NCBI GenBank assembly: GCA_943788915.1
Contig: CALSSD010000005.1
Span: 434,001-498,000 of the forward strand
Source of the DNA: an uncultured Acidimicrobiales bacterium
Lineage (GTDB): Bacteria; Actinomycetota; Acidimicrobiia; Acidimicrobiales; UBA10347
Direction: 5' to 3'
Length of the DNA: 64,000 nucleotides
How positions within the stretch are numbered: position 1 is the stretch's first letter; each line of letters opens with the position of its first letter. Below are positions 53,868 through 64,000 of this stretch, piece by piece. The notes under the pieces are model-generated. The model saw only the letters and a program-made list of their open reading frames with translations. It searched no databases and was not told the DNA's origin. The translations under genes and the position numbers were made by a program.

Positions 53868-54730
53868 CTGCTGCGCCCTCCTCTCCGGTCTCACCCCCGT
53901 GGAGCGTCACGGCCGCCATGAATCAGGTGCGCACCCCGATCGGGTGTGTGCTGATGATCACGGCAGGTACTGGCATCTTTATGGGCGCTCACTGGTCACC
54001 ACTAGTGCCACTCATGTTGGCGTTCTATTTGGCGACCCTTCTTGCACCGTCGGCCGCTCGTAACAGCCTGATCTGGTTTGTGATGGCCGCCGCCTGGGTC
54101 GCGGCCGTCATGATCCAACCCAGCGCGATGGAAGACCACGTCTATCTGTACCTTGCCTGGCTCGTGGCGATCGCCGTCGGCCTCTTGGATCGCGACAACT
54201 TCATGGACGAGGCCGGACGGCAAGGCCGCTATCTGTTGGCCATCGTCTTTGCGACGGCCACGATCTGGAAGCTCACCTCTGGTTCGTTCATCAGCGGTGC
54301 CGCGTTGTGGACTTCCGGGCTCCTCGACGATCGAATGGCACCCTTGCTCAATCTGGCTGGCATCTCATCGGAGTCCTTGGCTGACGCTCGACCTCAGGTC
54401 ACCGCGGTCGTTGCCTCCGACGGCGAAACCTTCGACATTTCGCTCTCATCGTATTCGTCGATCGCGTTGACGTTGGTCGCGTTGGGCACGATCGCTCTCG
54501 AAGCACTCATCGCAGTCAGTTATGCCGCCCCCGACACCAGCCGGCTCGCCAAGCTGCGGGCGCCCCTGCTGGTCGGCTTCGGCTTCGTCACCTATGCCAT
54601 CGTGCCAGTCTTGCCATTCGCGTTATTGCTCGCCGTCATTGGATGCACGGTCGCTCGTTTTGAGCGACGAACCGTGCTGGCGTTCGTAGCCATGGTGCTC
54701 GTTGCCGTCGTCCGCTTCGCCACACTCTGA
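53864..54730 (+). CDS. HTTM-like polytopic membrane protein
   Basis: EDHVYL and VFATATIWKL..FISG resemble HTTM/SdpB-type motifs; many TM segments. Confidence 0.65.
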   Translation: MTAAPSSPVSPPWSVTAAMNQVRTPIGCVLMITAGTGIFMGAHWSPLVPLMLAFYLATLLAPSAARNSLIWFVMAAAWVAAVMIQPSAMEDHVYLYLAWLVAIAVGLLDRDNFMDEAGRQGRYLLAIVFATATIWKLTSGSFISGAALWTSGLLDDRMAPLLNLAGISSESLADARPQVTAVVASDGETFDISLSSYSSIALTLVALGTIALEALIAVSYAAPDTSRLAKLRAPLLVGFGFVTYAIVPVLPFALLLAVIGCTVARFERRTVLAFVAMVLVAVVRFATL

Positions 54731-54780
54731 CTAGTCCTCCACCTATCGCCTGAGCCTGCTGGTACATGCTGCAGGAGCCG

Positions 54781-55386
54781 TCAGGAGTCGGTGATGAGGC
54801 GACGGCCAGTGAGTGCTCGCCCGAGTGTGATCTCGTCGGCGTATTCGAGGTCGGACCCAACGGGTAGGCCCGATGCAAGCCGGGTGATGGTGAGGCCCGG
54901 CGTAGGGCCGAGGAGGCGAGCCAGGTACATGGCGGTTGCTTCGCCTTCGATATTCGGGTTCGTACACACGATTACTTCGGTCACGCCCTCGTCGGTGATA
55001 CGACGCATGAGTTCGGTAATCCGCAGTTGTTCCGGACCAATACCTTCGATTGGATTGATCGTGCCTTGCAGCACGTGGTACTTGCCGCTGAACTCGTTGG
55101 TTCGTTCGACGGCGATCACATCGCGGGCGTCTTCGACAACACACACCACCGTGCCATCACGTTGATCGTCGGAACAGATCTCGCAACGCTCAAGTTCGCT
55201 GAGGTTGTAACAGGTATGGCAAAATTTGACCCGCTCTTTGGCCTCGACGATGGCTTTCGCGAGCCGATGGGCCTCGGTTGCGGGCACCCGCAGCAGATGG
55301 AAGGTGATGCGTTGTGCCGACTTGGGACCAATGCCGGGCAGGCGACCAAACTCGTCGATGAGGTCTTGGATGGGGGCGCTGTACAC
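54781..55386 (-). CDS. recR: Recombination mediator RecR
   Basis: [12 protein letters not shown]4 zinc finger, [15 protein letters not shown]. Confidence 0.98.
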   Translation of the reverse strand: MYSAPIQDLIDEFGRLPGIGPKSAQRITFHLLRVPATEAHRLAKAIVEAKERVKFCHTCYNLSELERCEICSDDQRDGTVVCVVEDARDVIAVERTNEFSGKYHVLQGTINPIEGIGPEQLRITELMRRITDEGVTEVIVCTNPNIEGEATAMYLARLLGPTPGLTITRLASGLPVGSDLEYADEITLGRALTGRRLITDS

Positions 55387-55388
55387 CC

Positions 55389-55739
55389 TTAGTCGCTGCC
55401 GCCGAGAAGGCCACCAAGACCCATGCTGCCAAGATCAAGGCCACCAAGGTCAGGGCCCTGCACGAGCTGGCCTGCGTTCAGTACCGCGTCATTGAGTGCC
55501 GCGAGAACAAGGTCCTCGAGCATCTCGACATCTTCGGGGTCGACGGCCGAAGGGGCGATACGAACCGACAGGAATTCGCCGCCACCCGTCATCCGGATCT
55601 TGACCGCGCCGCCGCCAGCCTGGCCTTCGACCTCGACTTCTTGGGCTGCAGCCTGTTGGGCTGTGAGCTGTTCGGCCATCTGTTGGGCCTGGGCGAGCAG
55701 TGAACTCATGTCGGGCATTTGCCCACCGGTGTCGGTCAT
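55389..55739 (-). CDS. ybaB: YbaB/EbfC nucleoid-associated protein
   Basis: [28 protein letters not shown]; between dnaX and recR. Confidence 0.95.
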   Translation of the reverse strand: MTDTGGQMPDMSSLLAQAQQMAEQLTAQQAAAQEVEVEGQAGGGAVKIRMTGGGEFLSVRIAPSAVDPEDVEMLEDLVLAALNDAVLNAGQLVQGPDLGGLDLGSMGLGGLLGGSD

Positions 55740-55749
55740 GGGTCAAGCC

Positions 55750-57984
55750 TTACTGATTGGGGAGGTTGTTCTGGGGATCTTCGAGCAGCGTGCTGTTTTC
55801 AAACGTTGCCATGACCCGGTCCTCGGCCGACGGCACGTCGTCGGTCGCGTCAACCAGGTCATGGACATCGACGGTCGCCTCTTCGTGGGCGGTGTCTTGC
55901 AGATCTTCGATGACACCTGCGCCACCGCTGGGTGCTGCAGCGAAGAAGTCGGGTTCCTCTTCGATCATGTCGACGACGAGGCTCAGAGGCATAGGCCGCC
56001 CGAACCGTGCCGCCAATGCCTGGTCAACCTCGGCCCGGATCTCTTCGCACCGATCGCGGTGTACGGGGTTGGGTAGGCCGAAAATCAGGCTGTCGGGGGA
56101 AGTCTCCATGAAGTGGCCGGCGCTGAAGCGCGACCGCACTTTTCCAGACATTGACTCGAGCAATGCTTGCCACAGACCGTCGAGTTCAGCCAACGTTGGA
56201 AGCGGTCCCCCGTGTGCCCCAGGCGAAGCGACAGCTGGTTGGGCTTGTGGCACTTCGGGCGGTGGAGCGGCAACGGGTTCGACCGGCACCGCCATGACTG
56301 GCTCGACAGCAGCTTCGCCTGCGTGAGCTGGGGTTGCAGCCGGTGGGGTTGCAGCAGGTGCAGTGGTCGCCTGTTCTAGCGGGGAATCATGCTGGGTTGG
56401 TGACGGCTGAGCGGGTGCGGCAGCTTGGCCAGCGGACTTTGCTGCTGCCTGACGTTCTCGACGTTCTGCGGTTGCCTGAGCCACTGCAGGGTCCTCTTGG
56501 GGCGCCCCTGTCGCATGTGCAGCGGCCTGACGCTCGCGACGCACATCGGCAAGGGTCTTGCCGGTTGATGCCGGAGCGGGCGCCGGTGCACTCGGTTCTG
56601 GGGCCGCCTCGGCAGTGGTAACAGGCGGGGCCGATGTGATCCCCTGTTTGACGAGCTCAGCGCGAACTATGTCGGCACCACGACGACCGCCACTCGGCGC
56701 AGCCTGCGGAGCCGGAACGGGTTGCGGGGTTCTCGGAGCCGGAGCGGGTTGCGGAGCTTGGGGTGGCGATGGTGCCACCGCAACTGGGGCCGGGTCAGGA
56801 GCCCTCGACGGCGTTGGCTGGGCAATCGCAGGCGCCGCTGGTATCGCTGGTGCCGGTACCGGGGCCACGATGGGTGCACCACCGGTGAGCTGCGACTCGA
56901 TCGCTTCGAGCCGCTCAACCAACGCAGCAGGGTTGGTGTCGAGGTCTGCCCGAGTCAACCGCATGATGGCGACTTCCAGATCAACTCGAGGATCAGGCGC
57001 CTGACGCATCTCGATGATCGAGGTGCCGATGACTTCGATAGCTCGGGTGATCCTGGCTGGTGGCATGGATGCCGCCCGAGCGACGGCCCGGTCGCGTTCG
57101 GCTTCGGGCAGATGGCCAAGATCGGCTCGCATCGCAGCAAGAAACACCGTGCGCAATTCGTGCAACAGCGATGTACCGATACTGGCTGCATCGCGGCCGG
57201 CTTGCAGCGCGCCGTCGATTGCCGTCAGTGCTTGGGCTGCGTCGCGATCGATAAGCGATTGGAAGAGTGCTTCGAGGTGTTCGCCACCCTGGGGAGCGCC
57301 ACCTGCCGCAACGACCTGGTCGAGCGCTGACAAGGTGTCTCGAGCGGACCCACCGCCGGCCCGGATCACGTACTGGCGATCCTCGGGTGTGATTTCGATC
57401 CCCGCGTCGCCTACGACATGGTCGATGAGGTCGCCGACCTGGCTCGCCGAGAGCAGTGAGAATTCAAGGTGTTGTGTGCGACTGCGGATGGTCGGCACGA
57501 CCTTGTTCGGTTCGGTCGTGCACAACACGAAAACAACGTGTGGCGGCGGTTCCTCGAGAGTCTTCAACAGCGCGTTCTCGGCACCCGACGACAACATGTG
57601 GACTTCGTCGAGGATGTAGACCTTGGTACGACCAGGCGACCCAAGAGCTACCTTGCCGATCAGATCTCGCATGGCATCCACGCCGTTATTCGATGCAGCA
57701 TCGAGCTCATGCAGGTCGTAGCTACCGCCGGCCTGAAAGGCCAGACATGAATCACATTCGTTACATGGCTCACCGCCCCGCAAATCAGTGCAGTTAAGCG
57801 CCTTGGCCAGGATGCGAGCCGACGTGGTCTTACCTGTACCCCGGGGTCCGCTGAACAAATACGCGTGGCCGACGCGATCGCCTTCGATGGCGTTACGCAG
57901 CGCGGCTACGACATGGTCCTGCCCGAAGAATGCGTCCTGGAATCGGGAGGGTCGGTAACGCCGATACAGCGCCTCATAGGCCAT
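55750..57984 (-). CDS. dnaX: DNA polymerase III gamma/tau
   Basis: ALYRRYRP, GPRGTGKT, ILDEVHML, TIRSR; start moved to ATG at 57984 because the ORF-track extension translates the repeat. Confidence 0.97.
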   Translation of the reverse strand: MAYEALYRRYRPSRFQDAFFGQDHVVAALRNAIEGDRVGHAYLFSGPRGTGKTTSARILAKALNCTDLRGGEPCNECDSCLAFQAGGSYDLHELDAASNNGVDAMRDLIGKVALGSPGRTKVYILDEVHMLSSGAENALLKTLEEPPPHVVFVLCTTEPNKVVPTIRSRTQHLEFSLLSASQVGDLIDHVVGDAGIEITPEDRQYVIRAGGGSARDTLSALDQVVAAGGAPQGGEHLEALFQSLIDRDAAQALTAIDGALQAGRDAASIGTSLLHELRTVFLAAMRADLGHLPEAERDRAVARAASMPPARITRAIEVIGTSIIEMRQAPDPRVDLEVAIMRLTRADLDTNPAALVERLEAIESQLTGGAPIVAPVPAPAIPAAPAIAQPTPSRAPDPAPVAVAPSPPQAPQPAPAPRTPQPVPAPQAAPSGGRRGADIVRAELVKQGITSAPPVTTAEAAPEPSAPAPAPASTGKTLADVRRERQAAAHATGAPQEDPAVAQATAERRERQAAAKSAGQAAAPAQPSPTQHDSPLEQATTAPAATPPAATPAHAGEAAVEPVMAVPVEPVAAPPPEVPQAQPAVASPGAHGGPLPTLAELDGLWQALLESMSGKVRSRFSAGHFMETSPDSLIFGLPNPVHRDRCEEIRAEVDQALAARFGRPMPLSLVVDMIEEEPDFFAAAPSGGAGVIEDLQDTAHEEATVDVHDLVDATDDVPSAEDRVMATFENSTLLEDPQNNLPNQ

Positions 57985-58008
57985 TGTTTGAGAGCCTAAC
58001 CGCGTTGA

Positions 58009-58122
58009 ACCGCTCCGCTCGGGCCGACGTTCGTCGGATACGGTGACACGTCTTTTTGTGCGGCTCGTCCCTCGCTCGCTCCCTGCTCCTCCGTCGCTCC
58101 TACCGACGTTCGTCGGACATGG
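58009..58122. repeat. Modular hairpin element upstream of dnaX
   Basis: ACCGCTCCGCTCGGGCCGACGTTCGTCGG, GCTCGTCCCTCGC, GCTCCTCCGTCGC, second CCGACGTTCGTCGG. Confidence 0.92.
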
Positions 58123-58208
58123 CGTCGTAGGCCCGGTGCAGAGCCCCGGCGCCGATTCCGGAGCACCCCGGATGGAGGTTTCGAGTTTTGGAGCACTAGC
58201 TTCGTTTC

Positions 58209-59087
58209 GTGAATTTGAATCAACTTGCAAAGACCGGCGTATGGCACTTCACCGATGGCATGAGTGCCCAGGAGTCAGGAGCGTTCGCCGCCAGAGTCGA
58301 GTCGCTCGGTTACTCAGCCTTGTGGGTGCCCGATGCGATCGGGCGCGACCCATTCGTGAACTGTGCGACCTTGCTAAATGCCACCACAGACTTGATCGTC
58401 GCTACCGGCATCGCCAATATCTGGGTCCGTCACCCCAATGCCATGGTGCAAGGTGCGCTCAGTCTGGCTGAACTCTCTGATGACCGATTTCTGCTCGGCA
58501 TCGGCGTAAGCCACCAGCCTTCGGTCGAAGGTGTGCAGGGCATTCCCTTCGGGAAACCACTGGCGACCATGACCGCCTATCTCGAGACCATGTCCAAGGC
58601 TGAGTGGCGCGGCCCGAAGACTGACATGCCCCCGGTCGTTATCGCCGCGCTCGGCCCCAAGATGCTCGAGTTAGCCCGCACCGCGAGTGCCGGCGCTCAC
58701 CCGTACTGGACCACGCCAGAACACACCGCCGAAGCTGCTGCGGTCTTGGGACCAGACGCCCTCTTGTGTGTTGAACAAAAGGTGTGCCTGACCACCGACC
58801 CTGAGATTGGCCGGGCCAAGGGCGCTGAGCAACTTGCGATCTACAGCCGGTTGCCCAACTATCGCAACAGCTGGAAACGTATGGGTTTCACCGAGGAGCA
58901 GATCGCAACCAACGACCCGGTGTTCGTCGACGCGGTGTTCGCGTGGGGCGATGTTGCCACGCTGCAAGCCCGGGTCGATGCCCACTACGCCGCCGGCGCG
59001 ACCCATGTCTGTATTCAGCCGGTACATCCAACTGCGGAACGTGGCACCGTCGACTGGGACGTCCTCGAAGCACTCGCACCGAACTAG
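58209..59087 (+). CDS. LLM-class (probably F420-dependent) oxidoreductase
   Basis: GYSALW, ATGIANIW, RFLLGIGVSH, AALGPKML, GAHPY. Confidence 0.9.
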   Translation: MNLNQLAKTGVWHFTDGMSAQESGAFAARVESLGYSALWVPDAIGRDPFVNCATLLNATTDLIVATGIANIWVRHPNAMVQGALSLAELSDDRFLLGIGVSHQPSVEGVQGIPFGKPLATMTAYLETMSKAEWRGPKTDMPPVVIAALGPKMLELARTASAGAHPYWTTPEHTAEAAAVLGPDALLCVEQKVCLTTDPEIGRAKGAEQLAIYSRLPNYRNSWKRMGFTEEQIATNDPVFVDAVFAWGDVATLQARVDAHYAAGATHVCIQPVHPTAERGTVDWDVLEALAPN

Positions 59088-59102
59088 GCCCAAAGAAAAG
59101 AC

Positions 59103-59146
59103 AAAACCCCGCCGGGTTCGTAGGAGCAACCTTCGAACCCGGCGGG
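59103..59146. terminator. Terminator between convergent genes
   Basis: CCCGCCGGGTTCG / CGAACCCGGCGGG perfect 13 bp stem with flanking A run. Confidence 0.85.
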
Positions 59147-59160
59147 CAGATTATTGTGCG

Positions 59161-59790
59161 CTAGCGGCCAATCAGATTCGGCGAATCAGCCGGCGCCCAC
59201 GGCGTTTGAATGACTGCATCAAGTACGACGTTGCGTCCGTCGTCGTTGAAGAAGATGATGCCCGATTGCTGGCTCAGGTCGTGACTGAACAACTGCATCG
59301 CCGAGTTGATCCGCACATTATTGAGGCCCCAAATAGTGCCGGAGCCTTCCCACAACATGGTGAGTTCTGATGATGGGCCGCCAATGCCGGTGTCACCCAA
59401 GAAGTCTTGTGTTTCACCAAAATCGTCTTGTGAGCCAACGCCCACGATTTGTAACGTTTCTTTGTGTTCGAGAGCAAACTGCTCTACCTCCGCGGCATGG
59501 CCACGGCAGGTCGGTCAATGAGGCGCCCAGTACCAGAGCAGCACCGGGCGGTCACCAGTCACGACATCGGACAGTTGGACGATCCCGCCATCGGCGGTGT
59601 CGAGAAGCTGCGTCGTGGCTACATCGGCGGTGAGTTGGAGGGCCACTTGATTGCTCGTGGCTGCAGCGGTGGCAGCGCTGCTTTCCTCGGATGAGGGGCC
59701 TGCATCGCCACCGCACGCCGTGGCGAACAAAGCAAGCGAAGCGGCAAGCAAAACCATCTTGTGCGCCACGTTGCGTTTGGGATCTGTCAC
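59161..59790 (-). CDS. Thioredoxin-fold (TlpA-like) lipoprotein, predicted selenoprotein (UxxC)
   Basis: ORFs 59515-59841 and 59161-59445 are in one frame, separated only by TGA: WYWAPH-U-PTC; lipobox FATAC; start uncertain. Confidence 0.85.
59486..59511 (-). promoter_or_regulatory. Candidate SECIS hairpin
   Basis: ACCT-G-CCGTGGC-CAT-GCCGCGG-AGGT begins 3 nt after the in-frame TGA. Confidence 0.6.
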
Positions 59791-59958
59791 GTGACTCAAA
59801 CTCCAGGTTGGGGGACGGGAGAGAAACCCTGACGGCCGCAAATCTTATTCCCAGAATTGCTGGTGTGACGTGTTTCACTCCACAACCGTTTCTCTACCAG
59901 CCAACTCGGCTGGCTCCCACGATCTATCGGCCGGCATTCCCGCATCATGACAACAAAA

Positions 59959-60094
59959 AGCCCGGATTCGAAAGTGACGACCAGGCGATCTGCGGCACAC
60001 TTTAGGCTTCGTTGAGAGCTGCTGCGTTCCCGCCCTGACTCGATTCACGAACTAAAATTGCACAGGACCCGGCCGTCACATTCCAACCCGGGCT
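59959..60094 (-). ncRNA. ffs: Signal recognition particle RNA
   Basis: Domain IV-like GAGTCAGGGCGGGAACGCAGCAGCTC in a long rod closed by AGCCCGG/CCGGGCT; upstream of dnaX. Confidence 0.9.
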
Positions 60095-60149
60095 TCCTTC
60101 ACGATAGCGTGACAACTTCCGTTGCGGAACCTTCGGGTCCCACAACCAA

Positions 60150-60234
60150 GGAGGAGTGCGAGAGCGGCCGAACCGGCACGCTTGGAAAGCGTGTGTAGGG
60201 AAACTTACCGTGGGTTCGAATCCCACCTCCTCCG
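60150..60234 (+). tRNA. tRNA-Ser(GGA)
   Basis: GGAGGAG/CTCCTCC acceptor stem, CACGC-TTGGAAA-GCGTG anticodon arm, long variable arm, GGTTCGAATCC; CCA not encoded. Confidence 0.96.
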
Positions 60235-60587
60235 CTAAGCGTCCTGAAACTCACACACCGCATCGCCCGCAAACGTGTTGTGGCATATATCGGAGCCGCA
60301 GCTGCCCAGATGGACGAAACGCAGCGGCCGACTCCGCCTATCTGACGAGCGACGGTCATCCACCCGGGACGATACGGAGTTCCGCCGGCGGGTCGTCCGG
60401 GCGGCTCTGTGTTGTGCCATTGACGATCTATGGCTGGGTCGTAATGAGACGACATCAGCGAAACATCATGAATTATGCGACCCTGGATACAGCCAAGTTG
60501 CGGGGGTGCAGTCGACATGCAAAGGACCGAAACAGCACAGAGCGAAGCAAGCGGACGCGGAGCTGCGCCAATCGTCGGCGAAGCATC

Positions 60588-62597
60588 ATGAGGTGGATAG
60601 CTGCCGCCGGTCTCGTCGTGTCGGTACTGGCGCTTCTCGTTGCGCTCGCTCTTGCACGGCATGACTCACGTCGTGCGAACTCGAAGATCTCGACCCATCC
60701 GAGTTCGATCAAGAGGGACAGCAGCTTGTGGGTCCAGGCAACCGACCTCGGTCTCTACGTCAACTACAGGGGCCACCAGGTCACTTTGGCGGGACCACTC
60801 GTTGCGTCAGACCTACCAGAGGGGCAGGACCCAGCGGCCGAGCCCGCGGAAGAATCGGTTCAGGGTGAAGAAGCGACCGCCGAGCCCGAGATCATGGACG
60901 ATTCGGAGCACGACGTGGACGGAGATCAACAGGATGCCGGCGTGGGTGAGGCCGCTGAGTTCGCGGACCCAGACGAGAGCAGCCGACGCTACGGCTGATC
61001 GCGTCGCCGGAGAACCAGACGCCGAGAAGGCTGCCTCCGACGACAAAGACGTAACGGAAAACGAAGCCGCCGCCGTGGGTGTGACCGCTGCTGCAGCCGC
61101 AGTCGCCCTCGCCGCAGCCCACGTTGCGGCCCAAGGTACCCGGTGGGACAACATCCAGGCGATCCTGCGGGGCCAGCACATCGACCTGCCTCCGGTCTGG
61201 CGACACCGGGGGCGCAGCAATACACCCGACCAACGAATACGCCGGCGACGATCTAGGCAGCGAGCGGGTACAGGACGCTATAGACCCGTTCCCCCCACCA
61301 TGTTCGAGAGCGCGTCATCGACATCGTCGAAACCCGTCAGAGCGACGAAGCGTTCGCTGACACCATCGAGCGTGCTCGCGCCGCACTAGCTGGTCACGAT
61401 CCGTGGGCGTACGGAGCCGATGAAGAGTTCGCTGCAAGCCGCGGTGCCCGACAGGCACTCGACGAGCTTCCGCCCGATGTGGCACGCGAGGCGAGACAGG
61501 TCCTGCAGCAGCACCTAGAGGCAGACAACCTCGCCGCCCGGGAGGCGCAGGCGCGCACAACACTCGATCCATCGTGGGAAGAGCTCGACGCGATCGAACG
61601 TTCCGCCGGGGTGCAAGATGCGGTCGCCGGGCTGCCCCCTGATGTTGGCCGCCATCTCGAACAGCGGTTGCGTAACGGTATAGAACACGAGCTGGTCAGT
61701 GCTACTCTCGACGACGCTAGGCAGGACTTAGCCGAGATCGATCGGGGTTCGCACGATCTGTCGGAGGCCGTTCGTGATGACGAAGGCGTCCAACGGGTCC
61801 TGGAGGCGGTTCCGACACATCGTCGGGCCGAGCTTGAGGCCGAGTTGGTGGGGCGACTTGAACGCGAGCGCATCTGGAGCGAGACTGCCGCAGTTCGCGC
61901 TGCCCTAGAGGAGCAGCAAGCATTGGTGCTGCTCGAGCAAGCCCTGGGAGCAAATGATGCAGAGCGCATCGACCACATCCTCGACCAGCTTCCCGAGGCC
62001 AGCCGGAACGCCGTTTTTGAACGCGCTACGAGCGGTGAGCGGGTCGATCTCGACGAGATGCGATGGATGCACCCTTCGAGCGGTCTACCTCCCCCGGACC
62101 TGCTGCCTCCGCCCAAGACGGACTTGGGCGCAATCCTGTTCGACAGCCCCGCGGTGGACGACATCGTCGAGGGCCTTCCGAGCGACGTGCGTCGACAGGT
62201 ACTCGAGCGGGCTCAGGCCGAACTTGAGGCCGATGTCCGCCGGGCCGCGCTCGAGCGGGCACAGGTTGCCGCTGGCGAACTGGATCCTCGCGTCGCAGAC
62301 CCCGCGGAGGTGCTCCGCTCTGACCAGCAGGTTTTCCAGGTGCTCGATGCCCTACCCAGGGAGATGCGTGCCGACGTCGAGAGCCAACTCGTTGCGACCA
62401 TCGAAGAGCAGCGGCTCAACGACGCTGTCGACGCAGCCCAGCACGCAATCGAGTTGGATAGGGCCGAGGCAGCCGCCCGGGATGCTGCAGCTGCCGGCGA
62501 TCTGCACAGGATGCAACCGATCCTGCACGGCCTGGACCCCGCCGACGCCGAGGCGGTCGGCGACGCCGTGCGAGCGGACATTCCAGCACGCCCCTGA
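60588..62597 (+). pseudogene. Multiply frameshifted membrane-anchored acidic helical-repeat protein
   Basis: N-terminal TM; coding-like sequence moves across frames (about 60980, 61200, 61300-61390) into ORF 61479-62597. Confidence 0.55.
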
Positions 62598-62714
62598 CTG
62601 CCGTCGTGTAGTTGAGCTAGGTCCACGAGATCCTGCTGCGGAATATCGCCACTCACTCCGGCGTCACGACAGAGCAACGACCTGCGGTCCATCAGCTCTG
62701 CTTCCACACGGTGT

Positions 62715-64000
62715 TTACGTATCGGCTGATTCGCTCCGCTCAAAGATCAGCAAGAGCTGGCCGGTTTCGACATGTCCGCCAACTTCCACACGCACTTCGG
62801 CAACAACGCCGTCGGCAGGTGCGTTCATATGGTGTTCCATCTTCATCGCTTCGAGGACGACCAGTGTCTCCCCTGCTACCACGGTGTCGCCGGGCTGCAC
62901 CCGAACGTCGAGCACCGTGCCAGGCATGGGGGCGACGAAACCTCCGGCCGGGCCACTTGAACTCGGCGGAACAAACCGTGGAATGAGCTCGAACGACTCG
63001 GTCCCGCTCTGTGCTTGGACATGAAGCATCTCACCACTTCTTGTGACGGCAGAGGTGGAACGCACACCGCTGATTTCGATATCAATACCCGTCTCGGACC
63101 AGTCGTGGACGAGACAACGTTGCCGGTCGTCGTCGGTGGCACGGATGGAGAACGAACCGTCACGCTGCACCCGATAACTAACCTCGATGGCCTCGCCGCT
63201 ACCGCGATGCTTAAGCACCACCCGTTCATCGGGCATCAACGTATTACGCCACCCCGATGGCAACGAACCAACGTTGCGGTCGCTGTTTTGTGTGACGGCA
63301 TGGTTCCTACCTTGGATCCACAACGCCCCAATCGTGGCCGCCCGTACGACACCTGGCCCGCAGTGCGGTGGTTCGCCTGGACCGACTCGTTCGATGAAAT
63401 CCGTGGTCGTGTCACCGGACAGGAAGGCTGGATTGCGCAAGGTCGCCGACAAGAAATCACGATTCGTTACGACACCACCCATATGCAAACGTTCGAGCGC
63501 CAGAGCCAGCCGGCCGGCCGCTTCAGTTCGAGTTGGCCCGTACGCGATCACCTTGGCCAGCATGGGATCGAAGTCCACACCCACGACGGATCCCTGCTCG
63601 ATACCCGAGTCCCATCGCACTACTGGGTCGGCGGCCGGAGCGAACGCTTCGACCGTGCCGATCGCAGGCAAGAAGCCGTTGTCGGGGTCCTCGGCGTACA
63701 GCCGGGCCTCTATGGCATGACCGGTAAACGACACGTCGTCCTGCGCGTAACCCAACGGCTCGCCACCAGCGATACGGAGTTGCTCGCGCACCAGGTCGAT
63801 GCCGGTCACTTCTTCGGTGACCGGGTGCTCGACCTGCAGTCGGGTGTTGACTTCAAGGAAGAAGAACTCGCGACTCTCGTCGTCGACCAAGAACTCGACA
63901 GTTCCGGCCGATTGATATCCCATTGCTCGGCCAAGTGCGAGCGCGGCGTCGCCCATGGCAGCGCGCATATCGGCATCGACAACTGGCGACGGGGACTCTT
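62715..64000 (-). CDS. Biotin carboxylase / biotin carrier subunit of acyl-CoA carboxylase (5' part outside window)
   Basis: GTVEFL, EVNTRLQVEHPVTE, EARLYAED, EAMKME biotin site. Confidence 0.96.
   Translation of the reverse strand, partial: ESPSPVVDADMRAAMGDAALALGRAMGYQSAGTVEFLVDDESREFFFLEVNTRLQVEHPVTEEVTGIDLVREQLRIAGGEPLGYAQDDVSFTGHAIEARLYAEDPDNGFLPAIGTVEAFAPAADPVVRWDSGIEQGSVVGVDFDPMLAKVIAYGPTRTEAAGRLALALERLHMGGVVTNRDFLSATLRNPAFLSGDTTTDFIERVGPGEPPHCGPGVVRAATIGALWIQGRNHAVTQNSDRNVGSLPSGWRNTLMPDERVVLKHRGSGEAIEVSYRVQRDGSFSIRATDDDRQRCLVHDWSETGIDIEISGVRSTSAVTRSGEMLHVQAQSGTESFELIPRFVPPSSSGPAGGFVAPMPGTVLDVRVQPGDTVVAGETLVVLEAMKMEHHMNAPADGVVAEVRVEVGGHVETGQLLLIFERSESADT

Noticed and set aside
57985..58230. 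N-terminal extension of DnaX
   Set aside because: It translates the intergenic element; conserved DnaX sequence begins at MAYEALYRRYRP.
62728..62742. CGCTCCGCTC as another element copy
   Set aside because: A single module inside the carboxylase coding end (FERSE); other modules absent.

Overview
High-GC actinobacterial chromosome segment; gene content suggests an Acidimicrobiia-like organism (inference). It is mostly core and metabolic genes: furA-katG and rubrerythrin-DUF3501, P450-ferredoxin, clpB with a HAIR operator, a TAG/wax-ester cluster, selA-selB, whiB, asd-ask, pccB-epsilon, dnaX-ybaB-recR, SRP RNA and tRNA-Ser(GGA). Signals missed by the ORF track: (1) a family of modular intergenic elements at five loci, three of them tandemly amplified, whose G-rich strand folds into GNA-triloop/sheared-GA mini-hairpins typical of ssDNA; (2) a split ORF that reads as a UxxC thioredoxin-fold selenolipoprotein with a SECIS-like hairpin; (3) an in-frame fusion of an MpaB-like oxygenase to the DDE core of an IS5 transposase; (4) a WS/DGAT with a histone-H1-like tail; (5) a candidate sRNA upstream of an HTTM-like gene pair. 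Three isolated +1 frameshifts, one in selB, may be sequencing errors. No CRISPR array, integrase or rRNA was seen. All family calls come from motif recognition by eye, not database searches.
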